Below, one piece after another: positions 1 to 13,399 of a stretch of DNA of 64,000 nucleotides (the stretch's first letter is position 1; the number at the start of each line of letters is the position of its first letter). The translations under genes and the position numbers were made by a program. This stretch comes from the human T2T-CHM13v2.0 reference genome, Homo sapiens: the NCBI RefSeq assembly GCF_009914755.1, contig NC_060947.1, one strand, 5' to 3'. The notes beneath the pieces are model-generated. The model was not told the DNA's origin, ran no database searches, and saw only the letters and a list, made by a program, of their open reading frames with translations.

Positions 1-234
1 TGTGCTGTCCTGGACAGTGTGAAAAATCAAAGGATGAATCAGGCAGAGACCTCTTCGAGCAGATATTATTGAGCAGAAGAGGTAAATTATGCACACAATA
101 GGGTGCAAGATGAAAAGTGGTATGAGATGAATGATCATAAAGGGTGGTGGGAATTCTGAGATGATCATGAAAAGTTTCCTGCCCAAGTGGAATTTGAATT
201 TGTCCTTGAAAGAGAGTGAAATCTGGACTGGGAA
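1..234 (-). mobile_element. L2 LINE fragment (old, diverged)
   Basis: Purine-rich stretch resembling reverse L2 3' region (…gaatttgaatttgtccttgaaagagagtg…); boundaries approximate. Confidence 0.45.
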
Positions 235-813
235 TGTCAAATTAAAAATAAAAATCCAGACTTTGTAAGGTGGGGAGACTATTGCAATTGGGAAGCTACT
301 CTAACTATAAGATCTACAAGCCTTTCAAAGTTAGGCAAAAGGATTTTTCTTTCATAGGGAAGAGTTAACAAGGCTGGAAAGAAAAAAAAAAAGCAGATGT
401 AGGGAAGTGGGATGAAAAGGAGTGGCAAGATGTGACAGTGGACCCCAGAATATTTAATCCTAAAGCCAGTATAGTCTCTGGAAGGGGGCTATTAAGAGGG
501 ATTGTATGTTGCCTCAGGCTAAGGTGGTGCAAAGCTCAGGGATCTAGAGGAAGGACAGAATGTTAACCGTCTTTCTTTAAGAAGCATTATATTCTGATTG
601 ATCACTTGGGGCAAAACAGTTCATAATTATCTATGAGGCAAAGAGTGGGAATTTTGAGTCTTTTTGTATGGCCCTGTCATAGGCAAGCCAGGGGAACAAC
701 TGTGAAGCAGGGTGGTTCTGTGCAGTAAGCCATTTCCCAAAACACAAAAGGATGTGGGGATTTATTAAACTTCACTGTTTTCCAAGATCATTGGTCTTGG
801 GTAAAGTTCAACA
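235..813 (-). mobile_element. ERV1-class solo LTR (MER4/MER34-group-like)
   Basis: TG…CA termini (minus strand starts TGTTGAACTTTACCC, ends TTTGACA); ~580 bp; subfamily uncertain. Confidence 0.55.
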
Positions 814-929
814 TTGTCTTGGGTATGGGAGGAAAACTCAGTTAGGACTTCTTAAAGAAAGAGATATTCATGGGAAGGTTTCGTTTAGCTGGGATGTTGA
901 CATTATGAAGGAACGCACTAATAAATGAT

Positions 930-1125
930 GATGGTTACCCTTTTTGAACTGCCAGTTCCTTTTCTAAAGTTAAAAACTATCAGTTCATTTAATCTTCACA
1001 GTCATCTGATGATACAGTTACAATTATCCTCCCCATTTTACAGACAAAGAATCTGAATCCCTCAGAGTTTAAGTCACTTGATGATACTCCTAGTAAGAAG
1101 TACAACAGGGACTCCAACTTATGAA
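930..1125 (-). mobile_element. MIR SINE
   Basis: tcatttaatcttcaca…ccccattttacagacaaagaatctga…aagtcacttg = reverse MIR core. Confidence 0.7.
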
Positions 1126-1571
1126 GCCACTGTAAGCCTGACAGAGCCATTTTAGCCTCTTTTCATGACTTCAGACTTTCCCTTTATACCAAAGGGAATG
1201 GAATAAAACTGCTTGGACAAGAGCAAGAAGACATGCATCCATTTTTCACATTCCAAAATAATGGACTCCAACACATACACATAAGAGAAGCAGCTGGACA
1301 TAGAAGAACTTAGAAAAACAGAAAGTCCAAGTTTGGATATGGTGCACAAGAAACAACAGCAGCCAATGGAGCTTGACAAAGCAGAGTGGCGATAACAGGA
1401 AAGGTTCTGAGGGCAGGGAACAAAACAATGGAGCTAGTCAAGACAGAAGGGCCCACTGTTTGTCTGCTTTCTGTTTTTTTTGAGAATGAGGATGGGGTGG
1501 AGATTAGGGTTAAATTTAACACTGTTATCTTTGTAGGCCCAGGTTTCTCTGGTTCATATCTCTGTCAATGA

Positions 1572-1935
<364 letters not shown>

Positions 1936-2309
1936 TGGATTAGCTTTTAAGAGCAACCCTGAGCTACCCTGAAGACATCTCAACTAGTACAGTTTAGCCC
2001 TCCAGAGTTGAGGACAGTTGCTGAATCCAACACACATTCAACTCTCCTTCCCTTTTCCCTTTGCCAGATACATTTGCATTTACTTCTATAAATCACAGCT
2101 ATCATTGTTTTTCCTAATAATTATCTTATGATTCAATACACTCAGTCCAGTGAGCCCAGGAATACATAGTACATGGTTCTAAATTTTATTGAAAATATTT
2201 ATAACTTTGAAATGTAAATAATTGAACTAAATTCATCTTCTATAAATCATATTTTGGGAAGAAACCCTGATTGCTCTAACCAACAGAGATGTTATTAGAA
2301 ATGTAATAT

Positions 2310-2545
2310 AATAATAAAAGCAATTAACCTTTACTGAGGCCATCCTGTGTCCCTGAACTGATGGTAGGCACTTTCACATCCTTTTTCATCCTCCCAGGAA
2401 CCTATTAGTAGAAGATATGGTTTCTATTTTACAAACGAACCAATTACAGTTCTGAGAAGTTAATCTCTTTGACCAAGCAGTTGTACTTTAGGCCTTGAGC
2501 CAAGTTTTGAACTCAGACCTCTCTGACTTTAAAAGTCCTCTAAGC
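2310..2545 (-). mobile_element. MIR SINE
   Basis: tttactgag…ttttacaaacgaac…gagaagttaatctctttgaccaag…ttgaactcagacctctctgact. Confidence 0.6.
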
Positions 2546-2589
2546 CATTCTACTTGGAATCAATTACTCACATTTTCAAGACTACTCAA

Positions 2590-2785
2590 GGGCAGCTGTG
2601 CTACCTAATACGTGTAATGTTGGGAACAATATTTAACTACTCGTTGACTTAGTTTCTTCATCTGAAATGTAAAGGCAATCAGAACTTCCTTAGAGGATTA
2701 TTGTGAAGATTAAATAAATTAATACATGTAAACTATTTTAAAGGTATACAGAGCTACTATTTTATAAGTGTTAGCTATGACGATT
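2590..2785 (+). mobile_element. MIR SINE
   Basis: ttagtttcttcatctgaaatg…gattattgtgaagattaaataaattaatacatgtaaa. Confidence 0.65.
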
Positions 2786-3372
2786 GATGATTATGATGAC
2801 AATGAAATCATACTCTCTTTCTCAAGTGAATAGCCGTACTCAAAATGTCATTATGATTTTGTATGCTAAACAAAAACTACAGAAAATTAGGAGTATTAGT
2901 TTGCTCTTAATTAAATTTACATGTAAGTTTCTTTTAATCATAAATTTGGAAATCTCTTTTGTGCCTCCCATTATACTTCTTAGTCTCTAAAATAAAATTT
3001 GCATTTTATTTGAGACCACAGAATGGCAGTTTTGATAATTGGATTTTAAAAACCTTTTTTAAAAAAAAAAAAGATTTGCATATTATTTCCCTGGTATAAG
3101 GAATCTGGATCACCAAAATATTAAGAACATTTTCTATTATTTCTCATTTGTGTGGAACATGGGGGTGTTAACATTGTCTTGACTTATTTGCCCCGTATGG
3201 TTGTTAGGTTCCAGGGAGCTTCAGCTGAGCTTAAGTGTTCCTGTCTGAAATATCTGAGTCAAGGTGTATGAACCAGAGATCAAACAAATCAGTAAAGAAG
3301 TAACAGGCATAAGACTGAAGTAAAAAAACAAAGATGGTTCCCTATCACTACTAAGTATGGACAGCCCAGAGG

Positions 3373-4151
3373 TGTGACAAACCCTATTGGTTCTTCTTGC
3401 CTACTGCACAGTAAAGCCAATACACTGAGACAGCAGTGTTGCAGTAGAGGATGAGTTTAATTCTCACAAAGCAGCTGAGCTGAAGGATAGTATGCATTTC
3501 TCAAATCGACCTCCACAAGAACTCAGAAACTAGGGTTTTTAATGATAATTTGATGGACAGGGAGCTAGGGAGTAGGTGCTACTGATTGGCTGGGAATCAA
3601 ACCATAGGGATGTTGAAACTGTCTTTGTGCACTGAGTCAGTTTCTGGTTTGAGGTCATCACAGGACCAGTCAAGTCAGTTCCTTGGTATGGGTCCCAGGT
3701 TCAGGTGGCATCAGTTTGTCTGCCAGGATGCAAAAATGTCTGAAAATTATATCCAAGACCAGTCTTGGGAAGCAACTGGAGAAGTTATAAATCTTGTGAC
3801 CTCTGGCCACTTGACTCCTGAGCAGTAAGTAATTATAGAAAACAAGCTTGGGACCAAGGGTAGGTTATTGTTTAACTATGCTTGCATCTTAGCAGAATTC
3901 ATGCTCCTCCCATAAGTCTAAGCTTGTGGCCTTTCATTAGCTTTACAAAGGTGGTTTCAGTCTGAACAAGGAGGGGAAGGGACTGTTATCATCCTTGCTT
4001 TAAATTTAAACTGTAAACTAAATTCCTCCCGTAGTTATCTGGGCCTACATCCAGGAATGAGCAAGGGCAGTTAGCTTGTGAGTTTAGAAGCACAATGGAG
4101 TCACCTATGTTAGATTTATTTCACTGTAATAATTTCACAAAGGCAGTTTCA
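3373..4151 (-). mobile_element. LTR8-family ERV1 solo LTR
   Basis: Minus strand begins TGAAACTGCCTTTGTGAAATTATT…GACTCCATTGTGCTTCTAA, matching the recalled LTR8 5' end; ends …TTGTCACA. Confidence 0.8.
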
Positions 4152-4779
4152 GTCACAAGTATTTAAGAGCAGAGACAACCACCCAGGAATTCAAATCTAG
4201 ATTGAAGTACAAGCTGTTTTAAAGCCTGCAAGGTTGGTGTGTGTCTGGATGACAATGGCAGTGCTCATTTACCTCAACAAAGGCTTTCAACAGCCATAGA
4301 AGTTGGTGACAAATTTATACTCTAGTAAGTATGTGGTTTACAGATAAGGCAGGCTGAGTTTAAAGGTTTGCAGTAGGGATTGCACCGGATAGTGTGAAAA
4401 TTGTATTGAAACTGATATTAAATATCTTAAATATAAAGCATTAAATGACATTAATCTAGATGTTCCGCTATGACTTTTATACTGTTATGGCTTTCATCTG
4501 TTGCTGCCTTGAAGTTGAGGAGAAAAGAGCAAGCAGTGGCCTCTTTGTGAGGTCCATGCTGACTGGAACTATCATCACACAAATTACTACTAATATTTGC
4601 TTTGTTAAAAAAAAACTTTAGGAACAAAAAAAAAATGAGTAAAAACTTTCTAAGACTATGTAAAGACTATACTGACTTTTTTGTATTCCTGAAACAAGAA
4701 GAACTAAGATACAAATTATTCAATCCTAGACCTGAAGAAATTGTGTCCCATGGACAAAGATGAAGGCATTTTTCTGCTG

Positions 4780-5190
4780 CCACCTGCTTCACACCATTCT
4801 CTGCCCTCTGAAACCAGATGCTTAAAAGCAATCAGTGACTCACTCCACATTACCCAAAGGATAAATTCCCAAATCCTTAGTTGGTTTACCAAACCGTCAA
4901 TCAGTAGCCCCCACTCATACCCCTTACCATCATCTGTCTCCATTTACCTTATTACACTTTAACTTCCCAAAATTGAACTTTCTTTAGTGTATATTGAGGA
5001 ATATTCTCTCTGCCAAGACCACTATCCAACCACACCATATACATTCACTTGATTAACTCCAATGTATTCTTTGATTCTAATTTATAACTCCAAGGCGAAC
5101 TCTTCCCTTAACCCTCAAATTAAGTGACTCCCCCTTTGTCCTTTCATAATGTCAGGGCACATTTGTTTCAAACACTTTTATAGTGATACC
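4780..5190 (+). mobile_element. L2 fragment
   Basis: cagtgactcactccacattacccaaaggataaattcccaaatcctta, typical L2 3' region. Confidence 0.55.
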
Positions 5191-5197
5191 TTTAAAG

Positions 5198-5318
5198 AAA
5201 TGTTTCCAAAACTTCAGTACACACAGGAATTATCTGGAGATCTTGTTAAAATGCAGATTCTGATTCAGAGTGATGCCAGTGCTGCTCCCTGTCCCCATAC
5301 TACAGAGTAAGTAGCAGT
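5198..5318. mobile_element. MER5A hAT-Charlie MITE (internally deleted)
   Basis: ggagatcttgttaaaatgcagattctgattcag…gtgatgccagtgctgct. Confidence 0.7.
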
Positions 5319-5911
5319 CTGTCTGTTCCACTAGACCTGAGAGTAGGATCCTCAAAGCCCCACTTATATTAGGCCCCGAATTAACAGCTACTGGAGGAAT
5401 TTAAGAAAACAATACACAATTGGCAACACAATTTAGTTTTGGAATACAAGTGGTACTTACAAATAGCCATTTGAGAAAAACCTTGTTAACTTCCTTCCCT
5501 CCTTCTGTAGCTTGGTATTTCCACCTTTTCTTTCCTTCTCTTTGCCTCAGTCTTCACTCCTAAATGGAAGTGGTCTCTCAGTTCCCTCCTTAATCACGGA
5601 TTCTTTTCATGCCCAGTAGTCAACCCTTGAGATATTTTCAGTGGTAGCACTTCAGAAAATGAAAAGCAAAGGGAGCCAGGATAGAGACATGAAGAAAAAT
5701 AAACTCCTATTCTCTTCTTCAGTAATCAGTGAGTTACTTTTTCTTTCTCCAGATCTCACCTCTCTGGCCCCATCAGACTATTTATTAAAGAATCACAAGT
5801 ACATCTCTAGACTCCTCTTCAGTGTTGCATTGCTCAGAAATTCGTTGTGTAGGTGGTGCTCAGAAATAGAAATGAACCTCATATCAGTCATTCATTTACA
5901 TAAAGACTTGT

Positions 5912-5949
5912 CATATATATAATTATAGTGTATATATATGTGTGTGTGT

Positions 5950-5993
<44 letters not shown>
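5912..5993. repeat. (TA)n/(TG)n microsatellite
   Basis: Direct reading of the sequence. Confidence 0.95.
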
Positions 5994-5994
<1 letters not shown>

Positions 5995-6130
5995 TTTTTT
6001 TTTTAAATAGTGATGTGGTCTTGCTCTGTTGCCCAGGCTGCTCTGCTCTTGGACTTCTGGCCTCAAGCAGTCCTCCCTCCTCAGCCTCCCAAAGTGCTGG
6101 GATTATAGACATGAGCCACTGCATACAGTC
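5994..6130 (-). mobile_element. FLAM / Alu left monomer
   Basis: cctcccaaagtgctgggattatagacatgagccactg with T-tail; monomer length. Confidence 0.8.
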
Positions 6131-6624
6131 AAGAATTGTCTTTTAACATCTAAGTAGAGACTTAATCTTGTTTTATGTCTCTCTCTGTCTGTCTCTCTCT
6201 CTCTCTCCCCCAACGTGTAGTCATTTTATTCCAAAGGTTTGTAGTTGCATGGACTGTAAAAATGGAAAAATAAAAATAACACAAACTTCCTGGGGTCCCC
6301 TTACTACCCATATCCCCATACCTTGTCTCACCTACGACAGGTAAACAGAATCTTGGAGAGCAAGTGCTGTGGAGTAGTCACTGCATCCAAGGTAGAGAGT
6401 GGTAAAAATGTTTCATCGAAAAATAATTTTTCTATGAAATGGACAGGCCTCTTCTCCATTAGGTTTAACTGTGTTTCTGACTGTGTATAGGAGAAAATGG
6501 GTCCTCAGATTTCCACCACAGGGTGGTTCTACTATTAGTACATACAAATCTTTGTTAGGCTTTCTGTTTCTTTATTGTTCAAAGGCACAATATAAGGAAT
6601 AGGGCTAGTCTGTATTTCAGTGTA

Positions 6625-6649
6625 AAATATATGACACTTTATATATGTG

Positions 6650-6692
<43 letters not shown>

Positions 6693-6835
6693 TATGTATA
6701 TAAGGTTGATTTGGTCTGTATCTACATAAATTACATGATAGATATATAAATGTGTGTGTGTATATATGTAAATAAGTCTAATGTATACTTATAATCTATA
6801 TATTTGTATTTCGTGTGTGTATATGTATATATAAA
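6625..6835. repeat. TA/TG low-complexity tract
   Basis: Direct reading of the sequence. Confidence 0.85.
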
Positions 6836-8195
6836 CCTATATTTTCATTTCTTGTAATAAAATAATTAAAATAATTAACATGAAAAAGAGATCAGAAGAG
6901 AAACTCTTGGTAAATGTATAGGTTTGTCTATTAATAAGATGTTAGATGTGCTATAGATGTCATAGTAAAGATAACATCCCCCAAATACCAAGGAGAATAG
7001 AATGATTATACTAGGGTGCGAATTCTAGCAAATTAAAATAAATATCTGCGTGATCCATGTTTGTAACTATCTGACAGACTGTTTGCTGTTAATAACTTTT
7101 CTGGAAGCCACAAACACAGCAGTAGCACTCAATTATGATGCGGTCTACAATATAACACAATGCAGTTTTTCTGCTGCCTTCAAGATTACATAGGCAGCAG
7201 AGCCTACCATAATGAACTGTCCCGAAAACTCAAAGTGCTGTTTGCAGCAATTTTGCATGTGAGTATTCAGATTTTACAGTGTATGAAGTCTGACTTGAAT
7301 GTGCTCTACCTCAGTAATTCTCATTTCAAAATATTCACATTAAAAACATTCACATCTTCCTTTTTTGATTGAAGACCATGCTAATAAAAAAGCACATAGA
7401 ATATTGCAAATAAATAGTCATAGTGAGCTAAGAACTACATGGAACACTGAGATTCTTCAAGGTATGCTAATGACTTTTTGTTTAGTAGATTTCTTGTGCT
7501 GCAGTACGCATGTTAATAAGTATTTCATCCTCACACAAGGTGCTTGGTGATGAACACACTAGCCCAGAATTATCAGCATACATTTATTCGATTATCCGCT
7601 TGTAATCAAGAAAATATATTATTCCTTTTCTCTTGATATTTTGGTTCATATTATCTAAGTATATGTCTAAAGCGTTAATAATATTATAATTCACAAATGT
7701 AATGCTTAAATAGGAGAAAATATTTTAAAGATTCTCAAAACCTCTGTAATTTTTTTTCCCATTACCAACATCATTCCCTTTTTGCTACTACATTTATCCT
7801 AATTAGAAAAAGTAGCAGAGGGTTTGAAAGAAGAAAAAAGAAAAGGAAAAGTGAAGTCTTCCTAATAAGAAATATTATGTTAAGTACTACCACAGCAAAT
7901 TATCATTAGTGGGAATTAGAAGGAGCCCCCTTAAATGTGTATATAATGCTATTTTTAAAGGCTTAAAATATTTTATTTCAAGTTTTAACAGTATCCTATG
8001 TTACTCTTTAAACATTTTAGAAACTTTTACAACTCAGTTTGTTTCATATTAAATAAGAACTTAGCTGATCTCTTTTGGACTCACTGTGGAACATTGCATT
8101 AATTGTTAGCCATAGGACAACAATAAAAAAATAATTTTAGTAAACCACATAACTTAGGTGACTCATGAATGAAAGCGGTTTACAGATGTGCTTAT

Positions 8196-8704
8196 TGACC
8201 AGAAAGCCTTAATGTTCCCCTCAGCTTGACTAACTTTAGATAGATCCTTTCATGATTATTGGCCTCCGACCTCCCTTTGCTTAGAGCATTCACTTTAGAA
8301 AATATGGAATGGTCAATTCTTTCTCTGCCCCTTTAAGGTGTAAATCTTCTTTCAGTCTCTTGCCAGTTTTACACCCCAGAAATGTCTTTCCCAAAGATCT
8401 GGGAGCTAGCCCTTTGAAATGTAATCATCAAGCAAGATAGTACCCCTACCTCTCAGGCTCTTTGGGACAGTAGGAGCCTAACTTTGATAGATAAGTGACA
8501 ATCTGCACATATGGCCTCATCTCTTTGAGCAACTCTCCCTACACAAAGTCCTCTAGTACTTTTCCACTAGCTCACCCCAATACTTAAAAATTATCCCACC
8601 TTTTGTACTAGTGGAATTGAGTTCTGTCTGTGTCACCTATTGCAAGTCTTTAATAAAATCTTTCTTGCCTGTTTAACTCTGCCTTGTGCAATTTTTCTAT
8701 GACA
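8196..8704 (+). mobile_element. ERV1 solo LTR (MER31/MER67 group)
   Basis: TGACC…TGACA termini, 4-bp TSD TTAT (8192-8195, 8705-8708), AATAAA near 8653. Confidence 0.8.
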
Positions 8705-9021
8705 TTATTTAGACTCCAAGTTTACTGTGCAGAGTAAAGGAATAGATAAGTGGAGAGATTTTTTAAAAGGGTTTAAATGAATGTTCTAAGATATAGCAAT
8801 GACTCATTTACCTGCCATCACTTGCCTTACCCTTTTAAACCATAATACTTCTCCTTCTACTTTTATCATTCATGATGGAAATATTCCTAAAATGTAGTAG
8901 CAAGCCTTCTGTTTCTTTCTCAAAATGAAGATTTGTTTCTCAAATTGAAAGTAGTTTTTTGTGTGTGTTTAAACAAAAATGTACATGTGGAAAATAAGAC
9001 ACTGCAAATCACAGATTAAAG

Positions 9022-9257
9022 CAGTGTTTCTCAACCTTTTAAAAATCATTACTGCCCCCCTAAGGAGCTTTTTTAGATATTTTTTCCTGCCTCATCTCCC
9101 CATGAGATTTTAATACCATGAATACATGGTATGTCTGTTTATGTACTGCTGCCTTTTGGGGTGCCATAAACCCTTACAGTATCTAAGATTTGTTTGCTCC
9201 CACCCAAGAACCAATTTTTGCACCATTAGGATAATATTGCCTCTTTGAAAATGCATG
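9022..9257. mobile_element. MER112 hAT-Charlie MITE
   Basis: cagtgtttctcaacc…gcccccctaaggagc…ccaagaaccaattttt…gaaaatgcatg; 8-bp TSD gattaaag/gtttaaag. Confidence 0.8.
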
Positions 9258-9269
9258 GTTTAAAGCACA

Positions 9270-9910
9270 AAGTAAAAATCACTTAAAATCCCGTACCACA
9301 GAGGTGACCACTGTTTGCCTTTAGACAAACATCCTTCCAGAGATCTTTCTAACCATATTTTATGTGCTTTTAAAATTTGTTTTTGTGCTTTAATAACAAT
9401 ATGGAAATGTTTCCATATTAATATAGACATCATCCCTTTCAAGTATATATAATTTATTTAACCAATTTCCTGTGACATACATTCTTCCTTCGATTTTTAT
9501 ATTTTAAGTAATACTTTGATGAATATCATGTCGTATCACATTTGTGCATTTGATGTGCTATCTTTAGAAATAATTTTTCAAAATGCAATTTCTGGATAGA
9601 GAGGCACATACATTTAATTTGTTTTTATAAAAATTTCCAAACTATCTTCCCAAAAGATTTTACCAATATACATTCTTTCATATACTGCATGAGAATGCCT
9701 GTTTACAACATAGGGTATTATCAATTTGTTTAATCTTTGCCAAACTTATAGACACAAAGTAAGTCTTCACTATTGTTTTAATTCTTTATTCTTTTATCCT
9801 TAATTTGATAACTAATTCATTGAGTTTTTAAGTAAGCATATTGGCTATTTGCATATTTAAAGATTTCCCTCATCTTGTAACTTTTTGTCATTTTTTTTTA
9901 CTTTTTTTCT
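9270..9910 (-). mobile_element. Old L1 (L1ME-like) 3' fragment
   Basis: ttccaaactatcttcccaaaagattttaccaatatacattc…tgagaatgcctgttt. Confidence 0.6.
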
Positions 9911-10877
9911 TTGTAGTCCTTATTAATTACATTGCCTAAAAGATAATAATCATGTACAGTAATGAATGCATTTTACAGTTGTGCCTTTGGGAACTGTATA
10001 GGGCTCTGTGCCTATTCATTTCACAAATTATTTTTGCTTTCTTCTGAACTGACTTCATATAAAAATAAAGATGATGATAACTATGGATACATTAATGCAT
10101 GTAAGCTTTATAGAAAATATTTGTATATAAAATAGATATTTTATATTAATTTTATGTGTAGGTATTTTTTTAAAAAATTAAATAATTTCCAGTTTTTATT
10201 TATCATAAATAATTCTCTTTTATTTAAAAAGAGCTCTAACATTCTAATGTATTCTTTTCATACTGAAATTTATAAACCTTCTCAGTTCCCTTCTCAATCA
10301 CTTCTGCTCTATAGACTTTGAACTGACATATTTATTTGATTTCTTTCATCTTTATCTCTTTTGTAAAATGTCATTAGGCTGAGAAAAATATAATGAGTCC
10401 ATGAAGAGATATTTTTTAAAAAAACAGATTTTATGGAAAGGTAAAAATCAAGGAGAAAACTCAGGAGAGTGTGAACACATCAGATTAATATGATCATTGC
10501 TCTCATTCCAGTTAGGCTCATTCCAAATATTTTAACGTGCTGGTCATGTGAAGTAATACTTCTTTTCATAGTTGTCACACTGTTTTTTGCCATCTAATCT
10601 GCTGTCCACTTCTCCAAAGTTATTTATGAGATTTGTTATTGATACATCTTAATACTTTGCAAATGCCAACATTTTCCTAATATTTTGAGTGGAATAATAT
10701 ATATTTGTAAAACAAATGAAGGCCAATAATTATGCTTTAGATTTGGGGACTTTTTGTTGAGAATCATCGATATAGTTTGATAGTATTTCATTATACCTTA
10801 CAGAGTATACTTAAAAATACTCATCAATTATTGTTTTAATTTATAGTTTAGGTTCACAAAAGCATTATTTAATCCAA

Positions 10878-11622
10878 ATAGATTTCACATAATATAAAAT
10901 ACACTATTTTAGCCATTTTAAAGTGTACAATTCAGTGGATTTTAGTATATTCACAGTGTTGTGCAACCATTACCACTGTCTAATTCTAGAACATTTCCAT
11001 TACTCCAAAAATAAACCCCACACCTTTGAATTCTGCCTCTTCTACCTCCTGCCCTATTTCCTGGCAATTTCTGTCTGTGGATTTGCCTATTCTGAATATT
11101 TCATGTAAACAGAATTATACAATAGGTGATCTTTTGTTACTAGCTTAGGCAATAGCGTATTTTTAAGGTTCATACGTACTGTAGCATTTATCAGCGCTCT
11201 ATTCCTTTTCATGGTTAAATAATATTCCATTGTAAGGATGTACCACATTTTGTTTAGACATTCATCACATTGATGAACATTTCTGTTATTTCCACTTTTT
11301 GGCTATTATGAATAATGCTCCCATGAACATTTGTGTACAAGTTGATAATGTGAACATGTTTTAAATTTACTTGGGTATATACATAGGTGTGAAATTGCTA
11401 AATCATAAGGTAACTGTTTAACTTCCTGAGGAACTGCCAAATTGTTTCCCCCAACAGTTGGACATTTTATATTCAAATACTACAATCCGTATGTTTGTAG
11501 TGTTTGAAGTTTCCAATTTCTCCACATTCTTATCAGCACTTCCTGTTTTCTGGGTTTTTTGTTTGTTTTATTATTGTTGTAGCCATCCTAGTGAATGCGA
11601 AGTGGTACCTCATTGTGGTTTT
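10878..11622 (-). mobile_element. L1MB-type 3' end
   Basis: ttttaaagtgtacaattcagtggattttagtatattcacag…gaggaactgccaaa…gtggtacctcattgtggtttt. Confidence 0.85.
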
Positions 11623-13399
11623 GTGCCGTTGTTTTTAAACTGCTTGATTTATGAATGCATTTGTGGTTTTATTAATAGAATTGCTAAGGTCAAAATTATT
11701 TAAACCATTTTCAAACATGGTATGTGTCTTGTGACATACTACAAAAAGTTGGCGATGGTTCTCTATTACATTTACGAAAGAAAAAACCTGCTGATGAAGT
11801 TGAGGCTCTGACTGTATGTATTAAACTTTAACCTAAGTCACTATTGACAGCAGAGTATTTCAACCTCTGAAGACCCAGCCTCACTAAATTTGCAAAAATA
11901 GTTTTTTAAAAATTGTACTAATACATTTCTATGTTAATGGAATGGTCACTTTTTCTTTTCAAGTCTAGTATCTAAAGTACTCTGAAATGGGGAAAAGATC
12001 ATGCTTTTATAGAAATTTTCTTGACCTGAGCTTCCATTAGGGGAAAAAACATAACTTCTGATTGAAAAATATATTTACATAATACCAATATATAAACCAT
12101 TCTTTCAGGGTAAGCCAAACACATCTAAAAATTCCATTAAGTCCATTGGACTGGCAGTTATTATATTAAATATATTTTCATGAAACATTTTGCTTCCCTG
12201 GAAGCAAGGCAACAAAAAAGATAAAACTAATTAAAATGATATGGGGAAGAAGGAGAAGGAAAGTCACAGTCATAGTATGTTTTAGATTTTTCTTACTGAT
12301 GAATAAAAATAACTCCTTTGATTTGGATTATATTATAGTAATTTTCATCACTTTTCAAAAATCTTGTTCAAAATTGTTTAGTTTTAGTAACAAAATGAGC
12401 CTCTTTCTACCATTTTCTTAGGAATTCTGCTACTGGGACATTTTGCAAAAGCTGCAAATGCAGCTTTGATTTTACTAAGTACCGTGATTTTGCCTGCATT
12501 TTCAAGTACCTAGATAGAAGTTAGGGCTTAAATTGTATTTGCTAAAGTTTTGAGGACTTCTGAGAAAAAAATACAAAAGAATATAAACATCTTATAATAA
12601 TTCCCATACTCCCCCGCCCTTTTTTTTTGTTCCCACTTGTGTAGGAGACATAACCCAGGAGGTGATGGAGAGGAGCAAAAACCTTTCCTTTTCTTTAATC
12701 ACTTGAGAAAGAGAGTCAATCTAGGAATAGCTAAAATTACTGGGTTCTGAGTGATGAAGACTTAAGCTATTTGAGAATGAAATAAAAATTTTATGAAGTG
12801 ACTGAAGGCAAAGTCAAAAATAAAGAGTTCACAAAGGAGAATATACAGAGTACTCTAATAGGTCCTAAAGGAGATTTTAGAAAAGATATTACTTTATCAT
12901 ACTGTGTTATTTAAAATTGCCTTCATGTTTGTCTATTTTTATAAAGTACATGTGTGTGTGTTACAATTTTTTGGAGATTTTTGCTCTCAATTCTTTATAT
13001 CTTACGTGACAGCAATTAGTACCATGTAATTTGGGCAGAAATTCCTCCAAGCGACAAGCAGAATATTTCACAGTGACATTTTAATACATGTATAAATATA
13101 TTAAAATTTGTCTCTACAAATGCAAAATTTTAAAGTAAGATCAAATAAGAAAATTATTTAATTTTTATTACTTCCTACATAAACAGAGAATATTTTATTT
13201 GTGGGACTTTTTATAAATGCTGAGATGCCTCTCCACCTCCAAATCAGAGTGTTTTAAATTTTATAATTCTATTATAGATTCAATCATTTGGGTAAGTTTA
13301 CAATACATAGCTGTTAATAATTATTACTGAGACTGAGGTACATACAAATAGTGGAAAGCTAAGATAGTCCAATATATGTGAGCCTCTGTTAGCACAGGA

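Noticed and set aside
12422-12530. + strand acceptor ctttctaccattttcttag with a 9-bp hairpin downstream
   Set aside because: No convincing donor, and no recognisable peptide in the frames I read.
12751-12805. GTGATGA…CTGA box C/D-like pair
   Set aside because: Weak terminal stem and no recognisable rRNA/snRNA guide; expected by chance.
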